From assembly GCA_016839605.1 (NCBI GenBank), contig JAEOTX010000044.1:31854-95853 (forward strand): a stretch of 64,000 bases of DNA, read 5' to 3'. Source of the DNA: Candidatus Thorarchaeota archaeon (GTDB lineage: Archaea > Asgardarchaeota > Thorarchaeia > Thorarchaeales > Thorarchaeaceae). Positions 1 to 7,969 of this stretch are shown piece after piece. Position 1 is the first letter of the stretch. Each line of letters begins with the position of its first letter. The notes under the pieces were generated by a model that was not told the DNA's origin, searched no databases, and was given only the letters and a program-made list of their open reading frames with translations. Made by a program: the position numbers and the translations under genes.

Positions 1-52
1 CCATGTTGGGCACGCTGCTAGCGCAAGACCGACAACATCAAATGATGCTTGA

Positions 53-931
53 ATGGAACTAATCTCCCACATAATAGGCGGTGCGAATACCTTGGCTAAC
101 TCTTCTCATGATCCTGACATTTTCAGTGAGTTTATTCCTGAGAAGAGAGCTAGATTTCAGGCTTATGACAAAGTGCACACGTCTCTTGGGACTCCTAGTC
201 AATCGCTATTTATTCTTGACAACGATAATGAGGTTGACATTTTTCAGCGCGATTTCAACGAATTTCTGACCTTCAGAGGGCATAAGAAGTCAGACTCACA
301 CGATCTGCCTTATCATGTAGTACGTATCGGCTACGACGGCGATATGCTTGATGATATGTTCCGTCTTGTTGTATCTGAAGCCTCAGACAAGTTCGAACCA
401 GCCAAACTGGATGTCAGCATGCTGTTTTCGAAGCAGGCAATCTTTCAGCATCTTTACAATATTATCACGCAAGACAAGTTTATCCTATTTCATATCACGG
501 AATTTCCTCTCGCATACTATTTTGAAACCGCGGTGGTTGTCGATGTTGAGGATCTATCTGACGTGATGGACCCCGCTGTTCATGACGAAACAATCGTACG
601 CTATCTGAACGACCTTCGAGAGCAAGGAACTGAGGAGCATCGCAAGACGTATAGCTTCTTTTACAGAATAAGCACATCGTTACTCATGGAGCTGTCTAAC
701 ATATTCCTTGTGGTCCCAACTGCTGGTATGCATCGCCATATGGTTGTCACCAGCTGGAGGACTCAGACGCTTCTTCTTGGTTTTAGTCCCCTGACGTGGT
801 CCTCTGGCAGCTTTCAAGTGTTTGACCTTAGCGGGCGTGACATCGATGCTAGGTGGGGTTTCCCTGCACCACAGAACCTTGATCCTCGAATCAAGCAATA
901 CACTAGCCTTGTTCCTCTTGGAAAGGAGTAG
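53..931 (+). CDS. hypothetical protein
   Basis: 292-aa ORF starting right after an in-frame TGA (50-52). No recognisable catalytic motifs and no stronger competing ORF. Confidence 0.5.
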   Translation: MELISHIIGGANTLANSSHDPDIFSEFIPEKRARFQAYDKVHTSLGTPSQSLFILDNDNEVDIFQRDFNEFLTFRGHKKSDSHDLPYHVVRIGYDGDMLDDMFRLVVSEASDKFEPAKLDVSMLFSKQAIFQHLYNIITQDKFILFHITEFPLAYYFETAVVVDVEDLSDVMDPAVHDETIVRYLNDLREQGTEEHRKTYSFFYRISTSLLMELSNIFLVVPTAGMHRHMVVTSWRTQTLLLGFSPLTWSSGSFQVFDLSGRDIDARWGFPAPQNLDPRIKQYTSLVPLGKE

Positions 932-1027
932 TTCGGACGACGGCATGTATAGTCTAATACATATGTGTATATACGCCCGATACATTGTATATGGTTGAGT
1001 ATATTAGGTGCAAAAACAGGCGGAGGA

Positions 1028-1969
1028 GTGACCACCTTGAAATCACAGGGAGAGAACCTGCTAGATACTGCCAAGGCCTTTGTACCAGGGCATATTACAG
1101 GAATCTTTCGAATCCATGATGAACATGATGACCCACTTCGTTGTGGCTCAACAGGAGCTGGGTTCTGTGTGGATATAGGCACAACCACTACTGTGAGATT
1201 GGTGGACAGCACAAAACTAGAGGTGTCAGTCGCGTATAACGGCAGACCGATCGAGGCCATAGTAACAACGACGGTGATTCAGAGATTGCTGCAACAACAT
1301 CATAGAGTCTGCAAAGTCGAAGCTGAGCATGAGTCAATGCTGCCTATTGGCGTTGGCTTTGGTGCCTCAGGGTCCGGAGCCTTGGGAACTGCCTTGGCTC
1401 TGTCCAGTCTCATTGATGAAGATTTTGATTCTCAGGAAGCAGCAACACATGCACATTATGCAGAGGTTGTGAATCACACAGGATTAGGAGATGTGATTGC
1501 ACAGACTGCTGGTGGGGCAGAGGTCCGTGTCAAGCCCGGTGCGCCAGGAATCGGAGAGATTGTCAGGATTCCTGTGAATGGCTCATTCAATGTTGTGTTA
1601 GCAGGAGCCCCAGGTCTCGAAACCAGGAGTGTGCTTACGAATAGTGAGCATCGGGAGCGAATTATCAATGTTGCTGATGCACTGATGGAAGAGCTTGGCA
1701 GTAATCCTACGATTGACAGTTTTGTTTCCTCTTCAAAGCAGTTCGCCCGTTCTATTGGACTTATGACCTCTCGCGTGAAATCAGCTCTTGGTGAGCTTGA
1801 AGCAGCCGGACTAGGCGACTCCAGTATGGTAATGCTTGGTGATTCAATATTCTGCTTCTGCAACGATGACGAGTCACATCACGTAGTGGATATCCTGTCA
1901 ATGTCCTGGAGCCCTGATCAAGTTCAGGTTACGGGAATCTCAGAGGAAGGCGGGAGGTTGATGCAGTGA
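1028..1969 (+). CDS. pantoate kinase (archaeal PoK, GHMP kinase superfamily)
   Basis: GHMP-like motifs PGHITGIF and LPIGVGFGASGSGALGTALAL. Overlaps the downstream phosphopantothenate synthetase gene by 4 nt. Start is uncertain: in-frame GTG at 1028 follows GGAGG (1022-1026), while the ORF-track ATG is at 965. Confidence 0.75.
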   Translation: MTTLKSQGENLLDTAKAFVPGHITGIFRIHDEHDDPLRCGSTGAGFCVDIGTTTTVRLVDSTKLEVSVAYNGRPIEAIVTTTVIQRLLQQHHRVCKVEAEHESMLPIGVGFGASGSGALGTALALSSLIDEDFDSQEAATHAHYAEVVNHTGLGDVIAQTAGGAEVRVKPGAPGIGEIVRIPVNGSFNVVLAGAPGLETRSVLTNSEHRERIINVADALMEELGSNPTIDSFVSSSKQFARSIGLMTSRVKSALGELEAAGLGDSSMVMLGDSIFCFCNDDESHHVVDILSMSWSPDQVQVTGISEEGGRLMQ

Positions 1970-2754
1970 CAAAAATAGAGGTTCCTGCGGACCATCCTCG
2001 AAAAGCCTCTCTAGACATCCGTGAGAAGATAATTGAAGGGCATGAGAAGAACATAGTAGCTACTGCTGGTCTATTAGCCCATGGACGTGGAGAGGCGTTC
2101 GATTACATGATAGGTGAAGCCACCAATGCAGAGGCAATGGATGCATGCAGAGCTGCTGTAGCGGCGATGCTACTGGCAAAGCGTCCTGTGATTAGTGTGA
2201 ATGGAAACGCATGTGCCCTGGTGCCCGATGAGCTTGTTGATTTATCCGAGCTCACAAATGCTCCGTTGGAGATTAATCTGTTCTATTATAGGCCAGAAAG
2301 GGAAGATGCCATCCTTCAGGCATTATTGATAGCAGGTGCGAAGGAAGTACTGGGTACGCACGATCGTCCTTCTGAAACAATTCCTGAGCTTAGCAGCAAT
2401 AGAAGAAAAGTCGACTCAGAGGGTATTGCTAAGGCGGATGTGGTCCTAGTTCCTCTTGAAGACGGCGATCGAACTGAGGCATTGAAGGCAATTGGAAAAT
2501 TCGTAATCACAATTGACCTTAATCCAATGTCGCGTACATCTGTTTACTCTGACATCACTATAGTTGACAATATCGTGAGGGCTGCCCCCCTCATGGTGCA
2601 GTATGCACGTGAAATGAAGGATTGGCCTTCAGAGAAGCTGAATACACTAGTAGCAAGCTTTGATAATCGGAAGAATCTGAACATAGAGGTCTCTCTGATG
2701 AGAGATCATCTAAGCCATCAGATAGATGCTACCTACAAGGGGGATGAACCTTGA
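1966..2754 (+). CDS. 4-phosphopantoate--beta-alanine ligase (archaeal phosphopantothenate synthetase)
   Basis: 262 aa with the AHGRGEAFDYMIGE region typical of the COG1701 family. Sits between PoK and ketopantoate reductase, with 4-nt overlaps on both sides. Confidence 0.8.
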   Translation: MTKIEVPADHPRKASLDIREKIIEGHEKNIVATAGLLAHGRGEAFDYMIGEATNAEAMDACRAAVAAMLLAKRPVISVNGNACALVPDELVDLSELTNAPLEINLFYYRPEREDAILQALLIAGAKEVLGTHDRPSETIPELSSNRRKVDSEGIAKADVVLVPLEDGDRTEALKAIGKFVITIDLNPMSRTSVYSDITIVDNIVRAAPLMVQYAREMKDWPSEKLNTLVASFDNRKNLNIEVSLMRDHLSHQIDATYKGDEP

Positions 2755-3740
2755 AGATTGTAATAATGGGCTCTGGAGCAATTGGGAGCCTCTATGGCGG
2801 ATTACTATGCCTCTCAGGTGAGGAAGTGACACTTCTTGTTGGGAGGAAGCCCAATGTTGACGCTATCAACAAACGTGGCTTGAGAATCAAAGGTGTCCTT
2901 GGAGAACACACCATCCCATTCAAAGCAACACAGAATTCCGAGGACATTGAAATAGCTGATTTGGTGCTCATTACCACAAAAGCCTATGATGCAGTTGAAG
3001 CGGCGCGTCGTATGAGGCATTTGGCAAAGAAAGGGACATACTTTCTAGTCCTCCAGAACGGTATCGGTACTGAGAAAAAGGTCGCAGAAGTCCTGGGGTC
3101 TCGTAGAGTCCTAAGAGCCACCACTTGCATGGGGGCTTTGATGACTGCACCTGGGGAGGTCACTGCTACAGGTGTTGGAATCACTGAGCTAGGATCTCAT
3201 TTCCCCGAGAATCAAGACATGGTTGAAGAAGTAGTCGCTATGATGAGAAATGCAGGGTTCGATGTGGTATCATCAGAGAATATCGAGGGAGTGGTCTGGA
3301 CAAAGACGATTGTCAACTGCGGAATCAATCCTATAGGTGCCCTCACCGGTATGACTAATGGAGAGATCTACAATGATAAACGTCTTCGAGATCTTGTCAT
3401 TAAGCTAGTAGAGGAGACCGCCCATGTTGCAGACGCTCTGGGCATAGAACTCACGACTAAAGATCCCGTTCGATATGCGCTTGGAACTGCCAAAGCCACA
3501 TCTGAGAACATCAACTCCATGCTTCAAGACATCCAATGCTGCAAGCAGACCGAAATCGATGCAATCACTGGTGAAGTGATACGACTTGCAAAAGAGCTTG
3601 GCATTGAAACACCTCTTAGCGAGTCTGTCTATGCACTTGTCAAGGCTCTCGAGTCAAAGGTCACCAGATTCGAGAAACATGAAGATAAGTTGCCGCCATT
3701 ATCAGTTGATGAAGTCGAAAGAGCAATCACCGGTATCTGA
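2751..3740 (+). CDS. panE: 2-dehydropantoate 2-reductase (ketopantoate reductase)
   Basis: N-terminal Rossmann motif MKIVIMGSGAIGSLYGG. Length and context fit ApbA/PanE. Confidence 0.85.
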   Translation: MKIVIMGSGAIGSLYGGLLCLSGEEVTLLVGRKPNVDAINKRGLRIKGVLGEHTIPFKATQNSEDIEIADLVLITTKAYDAVEAARRMRHLAKKGTYFLVLQNGIGTEKKVAEVLGSRRVLRATTCMGALMTAPGEVTATGVGITELGSHFPENQDMVEEVVAMMRNAGFDVVSSENIEGVVWTKTIVNCGINPIGALTGMTNGEIYNDKRLRDLVIKLVEETAHVADALGIELTTKDPVRYALGTAKATSENINSMLQDIQCCKQTEIDAITGEVIRLAKELGIETPLSESVYALVKALESKVTRFEKHEDKLPPLSVDEVERAITGI

Positions 3741-4431
3741 ACATAGACCTTGCCATTTCATATGACGATTCAGCATGTCGCTTCGCATTGCTTGTGATTG
3801 CATTCATGTGTCCCGGTAGCGCAATGACGAACTCCCATTCGGTGATTCTCTTCAATGACGCAACTAGCTGCTGAGGATTTCCTGTGGGAAAGTCAACTCG
3901 TCCGAAACTTCCTCCTGGAAACAACGTATCCCCAGTTATCAGAATCCCCTGGTCCTCCATATGCAGACATATGCTTCCGATAGAGTGTCCAGGAGTGCTA
4001 TAGACCTTGAAGCAAACGTTGCCTATACACAGGTTCTGACCCTCCTCAAGCAGGTTGTCAATCTTCATTGGCGGAAATTCTACTCCGAAGGTGGTGGAGA
4101 GTGTCAGTCTCATGTCACCAGAGTTTATCATTTCTCCCTCTGATTTGTGAAGATGTAGCGTTGGACTAGAGGCCTCGATGATAGGTAGGACGCCTCCTAT
4201 ATGATCAATGTGACTATGAGTGAGCACGATATCTGTAATTGCCTCTACGGATGAGCCGATCTTCACAAGATCTTGATTTAGCGCATCTGGGTACATTCCT
4301 GTTCCAGCATCAACCAGAATTTGCTTCTCTCCTCCGTTGATGTAGATTATATTTGAGTCAAAGGAGTTACTCACTTTGATGTAGATGTTGTCGCTGACCT
4401 GTCTGAACATCAAGTCACCCCATATATTCAA
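3727..4431 (-). CDS. MBL-fold metallo-hydrolase
   Basis: 234 aa with the metallo-beta-lactamase motif LTHSHIDHIGG and downstream His/Asp ligand positions. Confidence 0.8.
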   Translation of the reverse strand: MNIWGDLMFRQVSDNIYIKVSNSFDSNIIYINGGEKQILVDAGTGMYPDALNQDLVKIGSSVEAITDIVLTHSHIDHIGGVLPIIEASSPTLHLHKSEGEMINSGDMRLTLSTTFGVEFPPMKIDNLLEEGQNLCIGNVCFKVYSTPGHSIGSICLHMEDQGILITGDTLFPGGSFGRVDFPTGNPQQLVASLKRITEWEFVIALPGHMNAITSNAKRHAESSYEMARSMFRYR

Positions 4432-5539
4432 CTAGCCTGTCGATGTCTTCCTTGCTGTTATAGAAATGCGGCGAAACTCTGAGCCTCCCATTCCGTACTG
4501 AGCAGTGAATCCTCTTATCCTTAAGTTTCTTGTTTAGGTCTTCAACATCCTCAGGCATGCACGAAACAATCGGTGATTTGTGATTGTCTTGGAATTCGTA
4601 GTATCCAATTTTCTTCTCCCGAAGGAGTCCCCGTAAATACTCTGCATTTTCAAGGGCTGCGTCTTCTCTTGCCTTCGCCGTTAGCGAATTGAGCATCCGA
4701 AGAGATTCCAGCATGCCCACGTATGCAATCATCGCTGGGGATCCTATCTGGAACTTTTTCGCGTCTTGAAATGGCTCTCTTTCAAAGTAGCTATACTCCT
4801 CGATGCCCTTGATTCCCCACCAGCCAAGATATTTCGGTTTCAATTCATCAATGATTCTGTCGCTAGCATAGACATAGCCCGCTCCAATCGGACCAAGCAT
4901 CCATTTTGCAGCCTGTCCCGCTGCGAAGTCTACCTCCTCTTTGACGAGATCTGTGTTCGCCCATCCTGCTGCTTGTATAATATCCGCTACGAGAAATCCT
5001 CCCACGCCATGTATGATTTTGGCAAGGGCTCTCAGATCTGATCTAAATCCTGACTCGAATTGCACTTGGCTTATGGCTAATACCCTCGTATTCTCATCAA
5101 CCTGTTCTTTGAAGGCCTCCGTTGGTGCAGCTCCATCTGTGGAGTTCACAACTCTTAGTTCTACACCGTATAATCTACAAAGATGCTGCCATGGAACATA
5201 GTTGGCCGGGAACTCCAGATCGCAGAGTACAACATTTGACTCCTCCGGATATTCTATACTGTGAGCAAACGCGTTCAACCCTGAAGTAGTATTAGGCATG
5301 AATCCGTAATTGCCTCGTTTTCCGCCCAACAGCTTTGCAAGGTGTTCGCGGATCTCTTTCAAGTTTTCAAGAGTTTCTTCGAAATCTCCCTTAGCTGTGA
5401 TTCTATTTTCTAAAAACGCATTCATTGCGTTCACACAGGTCATGGGTGGAATGCCTGTTGCTGCGTTATCTAGATAGGTCATCTCAGACAGTGTCGGAAA
5501 CATCTCTTGGACAAAATCAGGATCAATTCCGTCGGGCAT
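4415..5539 (-). CDS. class V aminotransferase / cysteine desulfurase-like PLP enzyme
   Basis: 374 aa with N-terminal YLDNAATG and a fold-type I layout. Overlaps the downstream MBL gene by 17 nt. Confidence 0.75.
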   Translation of the reverse strand: MPDGIDPDFVQEMFPTLSEMTYLDNAATGIPPMTCVNAMNAFLENRITAKGDFEETLENLKEIREHLAKLLGGKRGNYGFMPNTTSGLNAFAHSIEYPEESNVVLCDLEFPANYVPWQHLCRLYGVELRVVNSTDGAAPTEAFKEQVDENTRVLAISQVQFESGFRSDLRALAKIIHGVGGFLVADIIQAAGWANTDLVKEEVDFAAGQAAKWMLGPIGAGYVYASDRIIDELKPKYLGWWGIKGIEEYSYFEREPFQDAKKFQIGSPAMIAYVGMLESLRMLNSLTAKAREDAALENAEYLRGLLREKKIGYYEFQDNHKSPIVSCMPEDVEDLNKKLKDKRIHCSVRNGRLRVSPHFYNSKEDIDRLVEYMG

Positions 5540-5644
5540 GCCTTGACATCGAGTTCCAGTCTCAGATAAAGCTCACTCTCACTGCGAATACAATCCCCCC
5601 AAGATTTAAGACCGGTTTCACCTCCGTAAATCTTCGGAGAGCGG

Positions 5645-6544
5645 TTGTACTTGCTCAGGAGGCTGGCTTCTCGAATCAGAGGCAAAAAAAAGGAAGAGCC
5701 GAAGGCAGTGGACACTCCTGATGAGCCTCCAGCAATTCGTGAGGCCATCGATGAGCCTCGCGAGGCAACGCCCCCCGAAGAGGTCGAGGTTGCTCCCGGA
5801 GAGCCTTTCACAGCACCCCGAGAAACGCCCCGAGTGGGCAAGCGTGAACCACTGCCCACAGGAACCCTGGTTGCTAGTACAGCTACAACTGAACTCAGAA
5901 TTGACGAAACATCGACCTCCAATATTGCCCGGGCCGCTCGAATCCGTCCTCAAGCAGTGTCAGAGATAGTTGCTGGAGAGGCATTGAAGCGTGATGAGGA
6001 AGGGCGCATACACATCAAAATCGTATTCTACGGCCCATCTCTGTCCGGAAAGACTACCGCACTCAGATGGCTCTTTGCCAATGTAAGGGCACTAGCTAAA
6101 GGTAAGATCGTGGAGATATCAGATGAGCTAGGCCGGACCACCTACTTTGACTTCATACCTGTTTCTGCAGGTGAAAAGGTGATTTTTGATGTGTTCACCG
6201 TAGCAGGACAGCGAAGACATGCCACACAGCGAATTAACGTACTGCGTGGTGTAGACGGCATGATATTCATGGCTGACTCAACACCCGAGCAGATGAATGA
6301 GAACTTGGCTTCAATCCAAGAGCTTCGTATCGCGCTAGGCACTGATAGAATGGCAACACTACCCATTGTGGTTTCTCTCAACAAACGAGACCTTCCTAAT
6401 GCTCTCCCAGTAGATCGTATGATACAGATGCTTGATCTAGATGGCTATCCAGTCTTTGCTACGGTTGCCACCGAAGGGAAGAACCTCCTCAGGATGTTCC
6501 AGCGAATCCTCAGAGACTCACTCGTCTACAAAGTTGGCGTTTAG
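5645..6544 (+). CDS. MglA-like small GTPase with a long Pro/Glu-rich N-terminal extension
   Basis: C-terminal ~185 aa carry KIVFYGPSLSGKTT (P-loop), TYFDFIP, FTVAGQ (G3), GVDGMIFMADS and SLNKRDLPNALP (G4), matching the MglA pattern. The start is uncertain: an in-frame GTG within AVSEIV (~5950) would remove the extension. Confidence 0.75.
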   Translation: MYLLRRLASRIRGKKKEEPKAVDTPDEPPAIREAIDEPREATPPEEVEVAPGEPFTAPRETPRVGKREPLPTGTLVASTATTELRIDETSTSNIARAARIRPQAVSEIVAGEALKRDEEGRIHIKIVFYGPSLSGKTTALRWLFANVRALAKGKIVEISDELGRTTYFDFIPVSAGEKVIFDVFTVAGQRRHATQRINVLRGVDGMIFMADSTPEQMNENLASIQELRIALGTDRMATLPIVVSLNKRDLPNALPVDRMIQMLDLDGYPVFATVATEGKNLLRMFQRILRDSLVYKVGV

Positions 6545-6643
6545 TGAAACACTCTTCGACTTTCTTCTTGTATGCTAACCTGACCGAAAAGGTAATTTGG
6601 TGTGCAGCCCGAGCGAAGCTCTAGAGGCCTAGCTTCTATCCAA

Positions 6644-6719
6644 AGCCCCGTGGTGTAGCGGTCCAGCATCAGTGGTTCTGGCCCACTGGACCTAGGTTCG
6701 AGTCCTGGCGGGGCTACCA
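6644..6719 (+). tRNA. tRNA-Gln (anticodon CTG), encoded CCA
   Basis: Hand-folded cloverleaf. Acceptor AGCCCCG/CGGGGCT with an A1-U72 pair; anticodon stem AGTGG/CCACT with loop TTCTGGC. T arm is CTAGG-TTCGAGT-CCTGG, followed by discriminator A and CCA. No intron. Confidence 0.9.
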
Positions 6720-6730
6720 TCCTTTTATCC

Positions 6731-6749
6731 GGTTTCCGTACAGGAAACT
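6731..6749 (+). terminator. hairpin after tRNA-Gln followed by a T-rich tract
   Basis: GGTTTCC-GTACA-GGAAACT stem-loop, followed by TCTTCTTCT and preceded by TCCTTTTATCC. Confidence 0.3.
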
Positions 6750-7064
6750 TCTTCTTCTGACAAAAGCGGAGTTTTGGTTTCGATTTTTGCTATATAAAAC
6801 AAAAAGAAAGGGTTTTCGATTTTTCGAATAGAGCCCGCATTTTAGCGAAAACCTATAGATTTATAGGTCAAATAAACGTCTCAGAGAGTTGGAGACGCAA
6901 GGCCCGCGTTCACGCTTTGTGAGGTTCCTGTTGCTTCAGTCTGCGTCCCTCCCGGCGGAGATCAACAGGCTGCGGGTCTTCTCCATTTTCTTCTGCTTCA
7001 TGATGCCTTCTCATGACAAGCTTCTTATCAGCCTAGAGCCAGAATCTTCGTTGAGTGAGCGAAA

Positions 7065-7844
7065 ATGGAGCGCATTGATTTCGGCTGGGATGATTTCTGG
7101 GCTGAGGTTTTCAGAGTCAAATTTCGTGGGTCCATTCCAGGAATTCAGCAATACGATGAGATGGTTGTTGATTTCTGTTTAGGCGCTCTGAATCTGGGAA
7201 AGGGCAAGAAACTCCTTGACATTGCCTGTGGCGCCGGAGATCAGAGTATACTGTTCGCAAAACGGGGCCTACATGTTTATGGATTTGATCTTTCTACAAG
7301 GCTGATTGAGGTGGCAAAAGCAAAATTAACCGAAGCCAAACTTGAGATTGACTTCTCAACGGGTGACATGAGGGAGATTGATTTTGCGAGTCAGTTTGAT
7401 GCTGCTGTTCTCCTCAGTCATAGTTTTGGGTTCTTCAATCATGATGAGAATAAACGTGTTCTGGATGGGTCATTTAATGCACTAGTTGAGGGCGGACGAT
7501 TACTCCTAGATCTGATGAATCCCTACAACCTTCCACGATTTCAGAAGACATGGACCAAGCTGGAGGGCGGCTTCCTATTGAGTGAGCCGCATGTTCTCGA
7601 TGCACCAGCCGGAGTGTTGAGAGGACGTCCTGCAACCTTCATCGATGTGGCCAATAATCGCATGATTGAGATGAATGAGGATGCACTTGCTGGTAATGAC
7701 ATCAGGATGTACACTGCTCTTGAGATTCGAGAGATGCTATCACAGGTGGGCTTCTCTAAGACAGAGCTCTATGGACAGAATAAACTCCCAAAGATGCCAT
7801 ACGCAGCAAACTCTGAGCGCATGGTTGTAGTAGCCACCAAATAG
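7065..7844 (+). CDS. class I SAM-dependent methyltransferase
   Basis: 259 aa with SAM-binding motif I LLDIACGAGDQS and the acidic loop YGFDLS. Confidence 0.8.
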   Translation: MERIDFGWDDFWAEVFRVKFRGSIPGIQQYDEMVVDFCLGALNLGKGKKLLDIACGAGDQSILFAKRGLHVYGFDLSTRLIEVAKAKLTEAKLEIDFSTGDMREIDFASQFDAAVLLSHSFGFFNHDENKRVLDGSFNALVEGGRLLLDLMNPYNLPRFQKTWTKLEGGFLLSEPHVLDAPAGVLRGRPATFIDVANNRMIEMNEDALAGNDIRMYTALEIREMLSQVGFSKTELYGQNKLPKMPYAANSERMVVVATK

Positions 7845-7969
7845 AGTCCCATGACGATAATCTTTTAAGAATCCGTAAGGCTCTCCGCGCTAGCCACCGA
7901 GGCCATCGGTGACCCCGACCTAGTTCTTTGAGAACTACACCTTAGGAGTTGGGGTCAGATAATTAGAGA

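Noticed and set aside
3-62. Short open frame at the left edge (…MLGTLLAQDRQHQMMLEWN*) that could be the 3' end of an upstream gene.
   Set aside because: It is only about 20 codons and has no recognisable motif, so it cannot be supported from this window alone.
5479-5953. Two overlapping minus-strand ORFs (147 and 111 aa) opposite the N-terminal extension of the MglA-like GTPase.
   Set aside because: They are Gly/Ser/Arg-rich with no motifs, probably a by-product of the GC-rich low-complexity sequence. They do underline that the coding status of 5645-5950 is itself uncertain.
6889-7182. 97-aa ORF overlapping the 5' end of the methyltransferase gene.
   Set aside because: It has a hydrophobic, low-information translation, overlaps a well-supported gene out of frame, and has no motifs.
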